Source: Chlamydiae bacterium CG10_big_fil_rev_8_21_14_0_10_42_34
GTDB lineage: Bacteria; Chlamydiota; Chlamydiia; Chlamydiales; SM23-39
Direction of reading: 5' to 3'
Assembly: GCA_002773795.1 (NCBI GenBank)
Contig: PFAD01000008.1
Span: forward strand, 280,696 to 344,695
DNA: 64,000 nt
Below the pieces are notes generated by a model. That model saw only the letters and a list, made by a program, of their open reading frames with translations. It searched no databases and was not told the DNA's origin. Made by a program: the position numbers and the translations under genes. Below are positions 1-8,488 of this stretch, in pieces. Each line of letters begins with the position of its first letter. Within the stretch, counting starts at the first letter, position 1.

Positions 1-466
1 CAGGTGCATTTTTTAATTTTTCCCAAACAGGTGTTAAATAAGGGCTATCAATTACCTTTAGAGTCCAATATTCATGACCCATTGCGCCGAGAAGTTCTTT
101 TTCAGCTACATGAGAAAACGGTAGGTGACCCAGATCATGACACAACGCAGCCATCCGGATGACTCTACGCCAATATAAAAAGTCTGTTGAGCCTTTTCTT
201 GGGACAAAATGAAATACATCGGGCCTGACCGACTTACAGATTTTTTCAAACATTAAAGTAGCAAGAGACATGACCCCGAGAGAGTGTTCAAAGCGGGTGT
301 GAGTTGCCCCAGGATAAACGAGATAGGCAATTCCAAGCTGATGGATATAATGAAGACGTTGAAACGGCAACGAGTCGATTAACTCTTTTTCGAACTCGTC
401 GAAAGGGATAAACCCATGCACCGAATCATATATTTTTTTATCTGCGTATAAAAAATCTTTTACCAT
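1..466 (-). CDS. SAMHD1-like HD-domain (d)NTP triphosphohydrolase, N-terminal ~155 codons only (gene runs off the window edge)
   Basis: Not in the ORF track because no stop lies in the window. Manual translation from the ATG (complement of 464-466) gives MVKDFLYADKKIYDSVHGFIPF..LPFQRLHYIHQLG..YPGATHTRFEHSLGV..AALCHDLGHLPFSH. These blocks match the dGTPase/SAMHD1 HD family (H..HD motif). Confidence 0.7.
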   Translation of the reverse strand, partial: MVKDFLYADKKIYDSVHGFIPFDEFEKELIDSLPFQRLHYIHQLGIAYLVYPGATHTRFEHSLGVMSLATLMFEKICKSVRPDVFHFVPRKGSTDFLYWRRVIRMAALCHDLGHLPFSHVAEKELLGAMGHEYWTLKVIDSPYLTPVWEKLKNAP

Positions 467-515
467 AGGCCCCCAAAGGACCCATTATCACTAAAAGGGG
501 CATTTCTGGGCAATG

Positions 516-1526
516 CTACTCTGGTCTCGGCTTGCTTTCGTGGATATAAGACAAAGAAACTTGCACAAATTCAGCTTTTCTTTGGAGCTCTTTGAGGTTC
601 CGTGCGCCTCCGTAGGTCATACCACTTCGGATTCCTCCTAAAAGGATTGTTATCAATTCTTCAGCAGTCCCACTAACAGGTCCCCAAAAATCGATCCCCT
701 CGGCCACAGTTTTTGCTTTGAGTCCGCCATAAAATTCATTTTGGAAGTCAACAGAGGCCTGACCTCGAAACTTCGCTTCGTATCCGGATGCGTATTTGTC
801 ACTCTTGCGCTTTGGCGCGGCAGATTCTAACGTTTGCCCAAAGAGCTTTCCAACCATTACTGTGCTCGCGCCAGCAGCTAATGCCAATACAACATCGCGA
901 CTTGTCCTAATGCCCCCATCCGCAATCAGCGGAACGCGAAGCTTGTCTGCAATCCGAGCGCAGTCTTGAACAGCCGTAAATTGTGGCACGCCAAAACCTG
1001 TTACCATTCTTGTAGTACAAGCAGCCCCTGGGCCTACGCCCACTTTCACCGCATCTGCCCCAGCATTTACCAAATCGTGATATGCCATTGCTGTACAAAC
1101 ATTCCCCGCAATGACATCTTTATCCGGATGGGTTTTCTTCAATTCTTCAATATGGCGAAACATCCGATCAGAATGACCATGCGCTACATCTATGCAGACA
1201 CCAAGAGCTCCCAAATCGAGCAATTTTCTTGCTTCATCAAGCTTTTGAATCCCGCAAGACACAAATGTTTTGTCCCTAAACTTCTTCACCCACTTTTCCT
1301 GGCTCTCTAACGGAGTAAATCTATGGAAAATAGGGATGGATCCTTGATCAATGAGGATTTCAGCTAGCTCTTCGCTGATCACAGTATCCATGTTGGCAGC
1401 TAAGATAGGAATACCCACCTTCAGCTTTCTCGTCAGCCAGCTTTCTAAAGATGGCTCAGTCCTTGAGGGGATATTGTTAAATTGTGGAACTAAGGCCACA
1501 TCGTCATATGTATAGGCATGTCGCAT
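516..1526 (-). CDS. guaC: GMP reductase-type IMPDH/GMPR family enzyme, copy A
   Basis: 336 aa with no CBS insert. Catalytic Cys loop [12 protein letters not shown], plus ADGGIR and [19 protein letters not shown]. The length and C-terminal blocks fit GuaC better than GuaB. Confidence 0.7.
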   Translation of the reverse strand: MRHAYTYDDVALVPQFNNIPSRTEPSLESWLTRKLKVGIPILAANMDTVISEELAEILIDQGSIPIFHRFTPLESQEKWVKKFRDKTFVSCGIQKLDEARKLLDLGALGVCIDVAHGHSDRMFRHIEELKKTHPDKDVIAGNVCTAMAYHDLVNAGADAVKVGVGPGAACTTRMVTGFGVPQFTAVQDCARIADKLRVPLIADGGIRTSRDVVLALAAGASTVMVGKLFGQTLESAAPKRKSDKYASGYEAKFRGQASVDFQNEFYGGLKAKTVAEGIDFWGPVSGTAEELITILLGGIRSGMTYGGARNLKELQRKAEFVQVSLSYIHESKPRPE

Positions 1527-1541
1527 GGCATATATGCTATG

Positions 1542-2594
1542 CTAAATGAGACATTTCATGCTAACATTATCTACAACACTACTCTTGTCTGGTCTAGGTT
1601 TGCTTTCGTGCAAATAGGACGATGATACCTGAACAAATTCCGCTTTTCTTTGGAGTTCTTTGAGATTGCGAGCACCGCCATAGGTCATTCCACTTCGGAT
1701 TCCCCCTAGAAAACTAGTGATGAGCTCTTCAGCAGTTCCGCTTACAGGACCCCAAAAATCGATCCCTTCAGGGACAGTTTTCGCTTTAAGTCCCCCAAAA
1801 AAATCACTTTGGAAATCGACTGAAGATTTTCCGCGGAATTTCGCCTCATACCCAGATGTGTGTTTATCGCTTTTGCGCTTCGGTGCGGCAGATTCTAAAG
1901 TCTGACCGAAAAGCTTTCCAACCATTACTGTACTTGCTCCAGCTGCCAAAGCTAGCACTACGTCGCGACTTGTCCTAATTCCACCATCTGCGATAAGAGG
2001 AACTCTAAGCCTTTCTGCAATCAGAGCGCAATCTCGAATAGCGGTAAATTGAGGAACACCAAAGCCTGTGACCATTCTTGTCATGCAGGCAGCACCGGCA
2101 CCTATGCCAACCTTTACGGCATCCGCGCCTGCATTTACTAGATCTTGATATGCCATTGCTGTACAAACATTGCCCGCAATGATCTGTTTTTCAGGATGAG
2201 TTTTCTTCAACTCCTCGATACACCGTAACATTCGATCCGAGTGGCCAAGCGCCACATCGACGCAGACCCCAAGAGCGCCCAAATCGAGCAATCTTTTTGC
2301 ATCATCGAACATTCGAGTGCCGCATGAGATAAAAGTTTTGTCTTTAAACTTTTTCACCCACTTCGCTTGACTTTCATATGGGGCGAATCTGTGAAAAATT
2401 GGGATACTCCCCTGTGCAATGAGAACCTCAGCCAGTTCTTCGCTAATGACTGTATCCATGTTGGCGGCAAGGATAGGAATGCCTACTTTCAACTTTTTCG
2501 TCAGCCAACTTTCTAAAGATGGCTCGGTCCTTGAAGGGACATTGTTAAATTGTGGAACTAAAGCCACATCGTCATATGTATAGGTCTGTCTCAT
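1542..2594 (-). CDS. guaC: GMP reductase-type IMPDH/GMPR family enzyme, copy B (tandem paralogue)
   Basis: Collinear with copy A over the whole length, and most residues are identical by eye. The Cys loop reads [12 protein letters not shown], and there is a 14-aa C-terminal extension. I prefer the ATG at 2594 (GGGTG lies 6 nt upstream) over the GTG at 2603 used by the ORF track. Confidence 0.7.
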   Translation of the reverse strand: MRQTYTYDDVALVPQFNNVPSRTEPSLESWLTKKLKVGIPILAANMDTVISEELAEVLIAQGSIPIFHRFAPYESQAKWVKKFKDKTFISCGTRMFDDAKRLLDLGALGVCVDVALGHSDRMLRCIEELKKTHPEKQIIAGNVCTAMAYQDLVNAGADAVKVGIGAGAACMTRMVTGFGVPQFTAIRDCALIAERLRVPLIADGGIRTSRDVVLALAAGASTVMVGKLFGQTLESAAPKRKSDKHTSGYEAKFRGKSSVDFQSDFFGGLKAKTVPEGIDFWGPVSGTAEELITSFLGGIRSGMTYGGARNLKELQRKAEFVQVSSSYLHESKPRPDKSSVVDNVSMKCLI

Positions 2595-2676
2595 AATTTT
2601 CACCCAATAAATAAGGTATATCTCATAATTTTCAAGCTATACAAAATAAGATATTTTGCGCTAATATAATTTCAAT

Positions 2677-3426
2677 ATGCCTATCTTCAATAAGATCACA
2701 GTGTGTATCCTTACTAAAAATGCAGAAAGCACAATTGAAGAAACGCTTGATTCGACGCATCTTTTTTCAGAAGTTTTGATTTTGGACAATGGCTCAACGG
2801 ATGCAACTCTTGCGATCGCATCGAAATATCCAAACGTAGTGATCCATAAAGCGCCCTTTATAGGGTTTGGCCCCTTGAGAAACCGTTTAGCAGAGCTTGC
2901 AACCAATGACTGGATACTTGCCCTAGATAGCGATGAAATTGTCTCCCCTCCCCTATCCCAGGAACTAGATCAGCTTACCCTTGATCCTCACTTCACCTAT
3001 AACTTCCCTCGCCATAACTTTTACGATGGAAAACAGGTCCGTGGCTGCGGTTGGGACAAAGAGTATGTGGCTAGGCTCTACAACCGTAATGCAACCCGGT
3101 TTTCAGACGCTTTGGTCCACGAATCGCTTATCACCCTCAAGCCTTTGACCCTTCAATACCCTCTTCTTCATACGCCATACAGATCAACGACCGAATTTTT
3201 AGCAAAGATGCAACACTATTCAACCCTTTTTGCAGAGCAACATCGTGGCAAAAAGAGCTCCTCATTTTCAAAAGCGCTCCTGCATGGGATCTATGCTTTT
3301 ATCAGGAGTTATTTTTTCAAAAAGGGAATTTTCTGTGGAAAAAGGGGCTTTATTATTTCTCTATACAATGCCAATACAACTTTCTATAAATATCTGAAGC
3401 TTTATGAAGTCAATAGAAACGGCTGA
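2677..3426 (+). CDS. family-2 glycosyltransferase (LPS-core type)
   Basis: N-terminal GT-A signature ITVCILTKNAESTIEETL..LDNGSTDAT..LALDSDE (DxD-like). 249 aa. Confidence 0.7.
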   Translation: MPIFNKITVCILTKNAESTIEETLDSTHLFSEVLILDNGSTDATLAIASKYPNVVIHKAPFIGFGPLRNRLAELATNDWILALDSDEIVSPPLSQELDQLTLDPHFTYNFPRHNFYDGKQVRGCGWDKEYVARLYNRNATRFSDALVHESLITLKPLTLQYPLLHTPYRSTTEFLAKMQHYSTLFAEQHRGKKSSSFSKALLHGIYAFIRSYFFKKGIFCGKRGFIISLYNANTTFYKYLKLYEVNRNG

Positions 3427-4712
3427 AGAGAAGAAAACCTTTCTAGAAGATCTTCAGCACTTGGTCGTTTAGTCGGATCAAGCTCAAGCATTGAGCGAAT
3501 GAGTGGTTCAAATTCAGGTCTTGAAGCTAGAAGTGCATCATCCAAATGAGGCTCTTTTAAATTCGCTATCGAAGCCCAAACTTCTTCGTGTGATTTTTTA
3601 TAGGATGCCCATGGAGGAGTCGTTCCGTAAAATAGCTGGTGAAACGTAACGCCCAATGCCCATATATCTGCTTTGATTCTGGTTTCATCCGCATCCAAGC
3701 CGACGAGCTGCTCTGAGCTTAGCAATAGATAATCAGGAGATAGATAATGGGAAGTTCCAACATGTTTCGCCATTAAGTAGTTCTTAGCCCTATGAGGATT
3801 ATAGCTTCCAAAATCGATGAAGTTTGCATCCCCATTTTGATCAATCAGTAGATTCTGCGGCTTTATATCTCCATGAGATCCATTTTTATGGATTCTTGTT
3901 AGCCCAACAAGGAGATCGATGGCAATCTGATTTTTTTTTCTATCACACTCTACTTTATTCTCCTTAATGCAATCCCATAGACTTAAACCTATGGGTTGAA
4001 AAATGGCTAAAGATGGACGACCCGTTTTTTTCCTATAAAATGTCTCATCTAGAACTGGTTGAATCGCTTTTCCTTTTAAACGCTTCATGACATCCACTTC
4101 CATTTTTGTTATGACATAGTCACCGAACTTGTCAGTAATGCGTGCAACCCAAACTTGTTTATTTAAGTCCCAAACTTTTTTTACCTTTTTGTTTCCACCT
4201 TGGCCAATTTTCCCTTTCGGAACACTGATATACACGTTTGCATTTTTCATAATGTGCAACCCTTTAGGGAACGGCGACTCATTTTTATGAATGCGAATAT
4301 CTTTGTCAGAATTTAAGTGGGCCAAAAGGAAACGTGCGCATTTGTGGCTATCAAAGTTTAAATCAGGTCTATTTGTTTTAAGTACCTTGAGTTTAGAAGC
4401 TAATTTTTCCATAGCTTCATGTGGTTGGGTATTTATAGGCTTGTATTGACTTAATTCACTTTGAATTTTTTTGAGAAGAACAAAACGCTTGAAACATTTA
4501 AAAATAGATCTAATGCAAGCAGAAATTCCCCAGGTGGGAAAGTCATACACCTTTATCTCCCAAAGATTTTTTAATTTAAAATGAGAAAGGGCCCGATTAG
4601 CAATTTCCCGAATTGGTGTGTCATTTGACTGAGAATTAAGTTGCACTGCAACCCATTGGCTCATTCCAGGAAACAAATAATCACAAACAACGCTCATATA
4701 ATATCCATTCAT
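3402..4712 (-). CDS. eukaryotic-like (Hanks-type) Ser/Thr protein kinase, paralogue 1
   Basis: Glycine loop GQGGNKKV, catalytic loop HGDIKPQNLL, IDFGS, GTSHYLSPDY. There is a ~165-aa N-terminal extension without a TM segment. The start codon is uncertain. Confidence 0.8.
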   Translation of the reverse strand: MNGYYMSVVCDYLFPGMSQWVAVQLNSQSNDTPIREIANRALSHFKLKNLWEIKVYDFPTWGISACIRSIFKCFKRFVLLKKIQSELSQYKPINTQPHEAMEKLASKLKVLKTNRPDLNFDSHKCARFLLAHLNSDKDIRIHKNESPFPKGLHIMKNANVYISVPKGKIGQGGNKKVKKVWDLNKQVWVARITDKFGDYVITKMEVDVMKRLKGKAIQPVLDETFYRKKTGRPSLAIFQPIGLSLWDCIKENKVECDRKKNQIAIDLLVGLTRIHKNGSHGDIKPQNLLIDQNGDANFIDFGSYNPHRAKNYLMAKHVGTSHYLSPDYLLLSSEQLVGLDADETRIKADIWALGVTFHQLFYGTTPPWASYKKSHEEVWASIANLKEPHLDDALLASRPEFEPLIRSMLELDPTKRPSAEDLLERFSSLQPFLLTS

Positions 4713-5033
4713 TATTAAATAAATATTTTAACAAACAGGCCATTAAAAAACAATATAATACGTTATATTACCCCCCCCTTAATTATCCCGTTATTAGACC
4801 AGACAGAACATGGTCGCTCAAAAAAACCACAAACCACTAATAATCAGACCATAACGCCAAGCAGATTGCGGCATTAATATATATTAAATTTATATGAGAT
4901 AATGATAGTTAATAAATTTAGCAAAAGAACGTCAAAAAATGTAATAGATTTTACTTTAGAGGGTCGTGTTAAGTTAGTGGGAATGAAACTAAGCCACCAC
5001 CAGCCACGAATGTGAGATCCAAGCTACCAAACC

Positions 5034-6428
5034 CTAGTTCGGGTCCTTCCTCACAATTGGTGGACCATTTTTCTTGAAAACAAATGAAAGCCCTTCTGGA
5101 AATATCGGCGATTTAAACATAATAGGTCGGGAGCTTCTTTGCGCTATCATAGCTATGGTTGCTAATTGTTTGGCGCAACTACATCTTTCCTCATCAGAGC
5201 AAGATTTAAATTCGAGTTTTTCTAAATAACCGGCAAGTGTCTGCTGATTATCTCTATATGTTTGTCTTTCAGGTTCTATTTCTTGCGCAGCATTATTCGC
5301 TGTAATCCTTGAATTTGGGTCGAGACGAAGCATTTCTATAATAATAGGGGCAAGGTATTTAGCGTCTAACAGGTCGTATTCAATCATCCAGTCTGCGTTC
5401 AAATTATTAACAATATCAATCTGCTGTTCTGTTGGTAAATTCGCCCAGAGTGGTTTTTTTTTACTAAAAAGCCTCAAAAGAGTTATCCCCATTGACCAAA
5501 CGTCATGTTTTTTATAGTTATTTTGGTCTGGATGATAATATTCTGGAGGAAAGTAATTACGAGTTCCTACTTGTTTATCTGAAATACTTCCGCGAAATTC
5601 GAACGTCCCAAAATCCCCAAAATAGGGATTCATTTCTTCGTCAACCAAGATATTTTCTAGCTTTATATCTCGATGGATCCCTATCTTTTCTATACGAGCT
5701 AGGTTTTTAATCAGTTTTTTTGCTAGCTCTCTTTTTTGATGCGCATTTAATTCTTCTTCAACGCTTTTCAGATCACCTGTATATAGTTTTTGAAAGATCT
5801 CAAACTTTGGAATCTCAGATTTTTTTTTATCAGAGTATTGAGTCGCCCCAATAAGTCTAACAACTCCTTTAATTCGGTTTAATTGTCTGTGGTTATAAAA
5901 CTCGTTGGCGCAGCTTTTAACACGTGTAGAAGTTAAACGGGCACAGACACTACAATCTTTCAGTCGAATTGCTTTTTTCGCTTTTTTGTAGCCCCCAACT
6001 GCGAACAATGATTTTTTTATATTTAAAAATATTTTTTCGTCTTCCAGCAAGGTGATCGTGGTAGGAAACGGGGAATTAGCAGGACGGATTCTTAAAGAAC
6101 TTTTGTTTTTTGTTAAATAAAGCCTTTTTGCGGCAAGAAATGATGAGCACCTTTCAAGATCAAAATCGGGATAGCCTAGATTCCCCTCTTTAACCTTTTC
6201 TAAACGATCTTTCGAATCGGAATAATACCATTTAAAATTACCCAAATCCAACTCAGATTCTGTAATTCTATCGTCGAACTCAACTAATCTTTTTTCAATT
6301 TTGTCAAAAAATTGATCGGCTAGCTGCTGGATTTTATCAAGTTCAGCAAAAATCGTGTCGTTTATGATTATCCCGTTATTCTCAGCAGTTTTCCTTATAT
6401 AGGGAGATGAATTGATTCCTGATGCCAT
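5034..6428 (-). CDS. eukaryotic-like (Hanks-type) Ser/Thr protein kinase, paralogue 2
   Basis: AVGGYKKA, HRDIKLENIL, GDFGT, GTRNYFPPEY. It shares an N-terminal C..FL.A...SPFP block with paralogue 1. Confidence 0.8.
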   Translation of the reverse strand: MASGINSSPYIRKTAENNGIIINDTIFAELDKIQQLADQFFDKIEKRLVEFDDRITESELDLGNFKWYYSDSKDRLEKVKEGNLGYPDFDLERCSSFLAAKRLYLTKNKSSLRIRPANSPFPTTITLLEDEKIFLNIKKSLFAVGGYKKAKKAIRLKDCSVCARLTSTRVKSCANEFYNHRQLNRIKGVVRLIGATQYSDKKKSEIPKFEIFQKLYTGDLKSVEEELNAHQKRELAKKLIKNLARIEKIGIHRDIKLENILVDEEMNPYFGDFGTFEFRGSISDKQVGTRNYFPPEYYHPDQNNYKKHDVWSMGITLLRLFSKKKPLWANLPTEQQIDIVNNLNADWMIEYDLLDAKYLAPIIIEMLRLDPNSRITANNAAQEIEPERQTYRDNQQTLAGYLEKLEFKSCSDEERCSCAKQLATIAMIAQRSSRPIMFKSPIFPEGLSFVFKKNGPPIVRKDPN

Positions 6429-6639
6429 GCTACTTAATATTAGTTAATCTAATACAGATTAACATAATTCATAATTAAACATAACAAAATTATAAAAAAA
6501 ATTCAATACAGAATGTTGCAAAGTTATCTTTTTAAAGAATGAGAGGCAAGTTTCATGGCAAGTAAACGCTACTTCATTTCCAGTTAGAGCCAGATGCAAA
6601 TCTAATTTTGAAAAATAGGAATTTTTTGAGAACTCCGGG

Positions 6640-6690
6640 GCAGTTGGCTTACTCTCCCGCCATTTTGGGAAAATGACGGTAGCCGGATTC
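6640..6690. repeat. 51-nt direct repeat, distal copy (17 nt of the tRNA 3' end plus 34 nt of its downstream flank)
   Basis: gcagttggcttactctcccgccattttgggaaaatgacggtagccggattc is identical to 6755-6805. Confidence 0.9.
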
Positions 6691-6754
6691 CGGGACTCCC
6701 GCCGATTCGTGGCGGTCAAACGCCACTTCATTTCTCATCACGGACGTAAGCCAA

Positions 6755-6805
6755 GCAGTTGGCTTACTCTCCCGCCATTTTGGGAAAATGACGGTAGCCG
6801 GATTC
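6755..6805. repeat. 51-nt direct repeat, proximal copy overlapping the 3' end of the tRNA at 6789-6862
   Basis: Identical to 6640-6690. The two copies diverge exactly inside the T-loop (gaacc versus cggga). Confidence 0.9.
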
Positions 6806-6862
6806 GAACCAGCGACACGTGGATTATGATTCCACTGCTCTAACCAACTGAGCTATACCGCC
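6789..6862 (-). tRNA. tRNA with CAT anticodon, elongator type (Met, or Ile2 if C34 is lysidinylated)
   Basis: GGCGGTATAGCTCAGTTGGTTAGAGCAGTGGAATCATAATCCACGTGTCGCTGGTTCGAATCCGGCTACCGTCA, folded by hand. The acceptor stem is 7 bp with a G1-C72 pair, D stem GCTC/GAGC, anticodon stem GTGGA/TCCAC, T stem GCTGG/CCGGC. No CCA is encoded. Confidence 0.85.
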
Positions 6863-6922
6863 ACAAGACTTAATTTGAAATTTACACTTCTTGAGGCGAT
6901 GCCTCATCAACTAAAATAATAT

Positions 6923-6995
6923 TAGCGGGGGTAGGACTCGAACCTACGGCCTTTGGGTTATGAGCCCAACGAGCTAACCACTGCTCCACCCCGCG
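6923..6995 (-). tRNA. initiator tRNA-fMet (CAT)
   Basis: CGCGGGGTGGAGCAGTGGTTAGCTCGTTGGGCTCATAACCCAAAGGCCGTAGGTTCGAGTCCTACCCCCGCTA. It has a C1/U72 mismatch and three consecutive G-C pairs closing the anticodon loop (GGG/CCC). The 5' half is close to E. coli tRNA-fMet. Confidence 0.9.
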
Positions 6996-7111
6996 ATAAA
7001 GAAAGTTAAAGCTTAGCATGATAGCCCATTTATTCCCAAAGTTTTTTTCAAACCTTTCGCATTTAGCTCCAAACTGCTATAATTCCATTAAGAAAACGTA
7101 AAGGAAATACC

Positions 7112-7438
7112 ATGTACTACGCAGATATTTTACCTTGGGTTTTGGTAGCTGGCGGAGCCATCAACGCCACCCGCTTAGTTGATCGAGGATTAAATTCTTT
7201 AGATGAACTACCTGGAAAAAATCTTGAAGGCAAAGACACCCAAGAAAAAACAATTCGAGTGGCAGCTAATGTGTTCGAGTTTATAGGACGATTTAGTTTA
7301 GCAATCGGATTAACCGTAGCCGGCCTATGGATGAATATGAAGCTGGCGCCAATTGCTGTGATTGGCAAGACCCTTCCGTGGATAATTGGAGCAGTCACAG
7401 GCCTAGTCTCAAGCGTACTAGTTCGCAAAGCCGTATAA
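7112..7438 (+). CDS. small hydrophobic protein, divergent member 1 of a 4-gene tandem family
   Basis: 108 aa. Three hydrophobic segments and a polar linker with L.GK...EK.I.VAA, as in the neighbouring genes. Confidence 0.55.
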   Translation: MYYADILPWVLVAGGAINATRLVDRGLNSLDELPGKNLEGKDTQEKTIRVAANVFEFIGRFSLAIGLTVAGLWMNMKLAPIAVIGKTLPWIIGAVTGLVSSVLVRKAV

Positions 7439-7461
7439 AATTTTGAGTTCATTTGTGTATC

Positions 7462-7503
7462 AAAGCCAATCCAAAATCTCTTTTCGGGTTGGCTTTTTTT
7501 TTT
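7462..7503 (+). terminator. rho-independent terminator
   Basis: aaagccaatcc/gggttggcttt forms an 11-bp stem (one G-U pair) with a 13-nt loop, followed by a run of 10 T. Confidence 0.7.
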
Positions 7504-7547
7504 AAGATTATATAAAATTACGACACAACTATAAATTGGAGTCAATT

Positions 7548-7904
7548 ATGTCAGCTTATATCGGTGCAGTACTTTGTCTAAGTGGTGCATTTGCAGCGCA
7601 ACGCACCTACACAAAAGGGGTAGATGCACCTAGAGGTCTCAATTTCGATGGATTGGATTTGCAAGAAAAAATCATGAAGCTTGCAGCATACACGCTCAAA
7701 CTCGTGGGTTCATTTGCCCATTCTATTGGGACTATTCTTGCTGGAGCAACTCTTTGGGGAGCTGCGCCATCAGCTGGATTTGTGGCGCTCTTTCATCAAG
7801 TCGTAACACAATCTGCGGGATGGTATTTCGCTGGATTTGCCTCTTATGCAGCAGGCATTTCTCTTGGCGAGATTGTGCAAGACATACAATTCCAAAGACG
7901 ATAA
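7548..7904 (+). CDS. small hydrophobic protein, family member 2
   Basis: 118 aa from the ATG at 7548, with TGGAG 6 nt upstream. The ORF track used the TTG at 7536. Shares ILAGATLW..FHQ..QSAGW..GFAS with members 3 and 4. Confidence 0.6.
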   Translation: MSAYIGAVLCLSGAFAAQRTYTKGVDAPRGLNFDGLDLQEKIMKLAAYTLKLVGSFAHSIGTILAGATLWGAAPSAGFVALFHQVVTQSAGWYFAGFASYAAGISLGEIVQDIQFQRR

Positions 7905-7944
7905 TAGTTTTAGGACTTGGGCGGTAGAACCTCTACCGCTCTCA
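7905..7944. repeat. 40-nt repeat, copy A, containing an 8-bp/3-nt-loop hairpin (gcggtaga-acc-tctaccgc)
   Basis: tagttttaggacttgggcggtagaacctctaccgctctca is identical to 8846-8885. Confidence 0.9.
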
Positions 7945-8028
7945 CGAAATATAATAAAGCCTCTTCCAGCCTTGTGCTAAATTTTAAGATTACATATTCT
8001 TGCCCCTCACTTTAAATTTGGAAGTTAT

Positions 8029-8415
8029 ATGGCTACTTTAGTTGGAGGGATGTTAGTATGCGGAGGCACCTGGAGTGCGCTTGACGCAGTTGTACAAGCT
8101 CCCAAACATCTCAGTACACTGAGACTAGAAGGAGTGTCATCAGGGCAAAAAACACTTAAGATTGCCGGAACGATGTTTTTTCAGCTCGGTGTATTGTTCA
8201 TGTCCGTAGGAGCTATCGCTGCAGGAGCAACTCTTTGGAAAGCTGAGCCAGCAACCCCACCTTTAACAGTCTTTCATGAAACTATTAGTCAATCACTAGG
8301 TTGGGTTGCTGGTGGGTTTGCGAGTATAATGTCTGGCGTTACCCTTTATAATAGTGGGGGGCCGTTAGCAGCAAATGCTAATGATATACAACGAATTGTA
8401 GATGATATTTGTTAA
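8029..8415 (+). CDS. small hydrophobic protein, family member 3
   Basis: 128 aa, starting MATLVGGMLVCGG. Contains IAAGATLW..FHE.ISQSLGW.AGGFAS. RBS GGAAG. Confidence 0.6.
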   Translation: MATLVGGMLVCGGTWSALDAVVQAPKHLSTLRLEGVSSGQKTLKIAGTMFFQLGVLFMSVGAIAAGATLWKAEPATPPLTVFHETISQSLGWVAGGFASIMSGVTLYNSGGPLAANANDIQRIVDDIC

Positions 8416-8488
8416 AGTAGTTTAATATCTCTTGCATTAAAATTGAAAAATAGAGACCATCATTGGTCACTTTAAATTTGGAGGTTAT

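Noticed and set aside
907-1310. ORFs 907-1098(-) and 966-1310(+) inside or antisense to guaC copy A. Similar nested ORFs appear throughout the track, e.g. 1717-1905, 12133-12579, 22801-23256, 23189-23500, 26286-26744, 32160-32594, 53545-53919 and 57558-57995.
   Set aside because: They lie in other frames of, or antisense to, strongly supported conserved genes. They have low-complexity or Cys/Arg/Ser-rich composition and no RBS. These are shadow ORFs.
3931-5830. A9/T9 homopolymers inside both kinase genes (3931-3939, 5468-5476, 5820-5828), considered as phase-variation tracts.
   Set aside because: Each encodes a Lys-Lys-Lys run in an AT-rich, Lys-rich gene. That is expected from composition. 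There is no evidence of frameshifting in this sequence.
6459-6731. 90-aa minus-strand ORF between kinase 2 and the tRNA.
   Set aside because: It is translated straight through the duplicated tRNA 3' end and flank repeat. It has no RBS and an odd composition. The region is better explained as non-coding att-like and promoter DNA.
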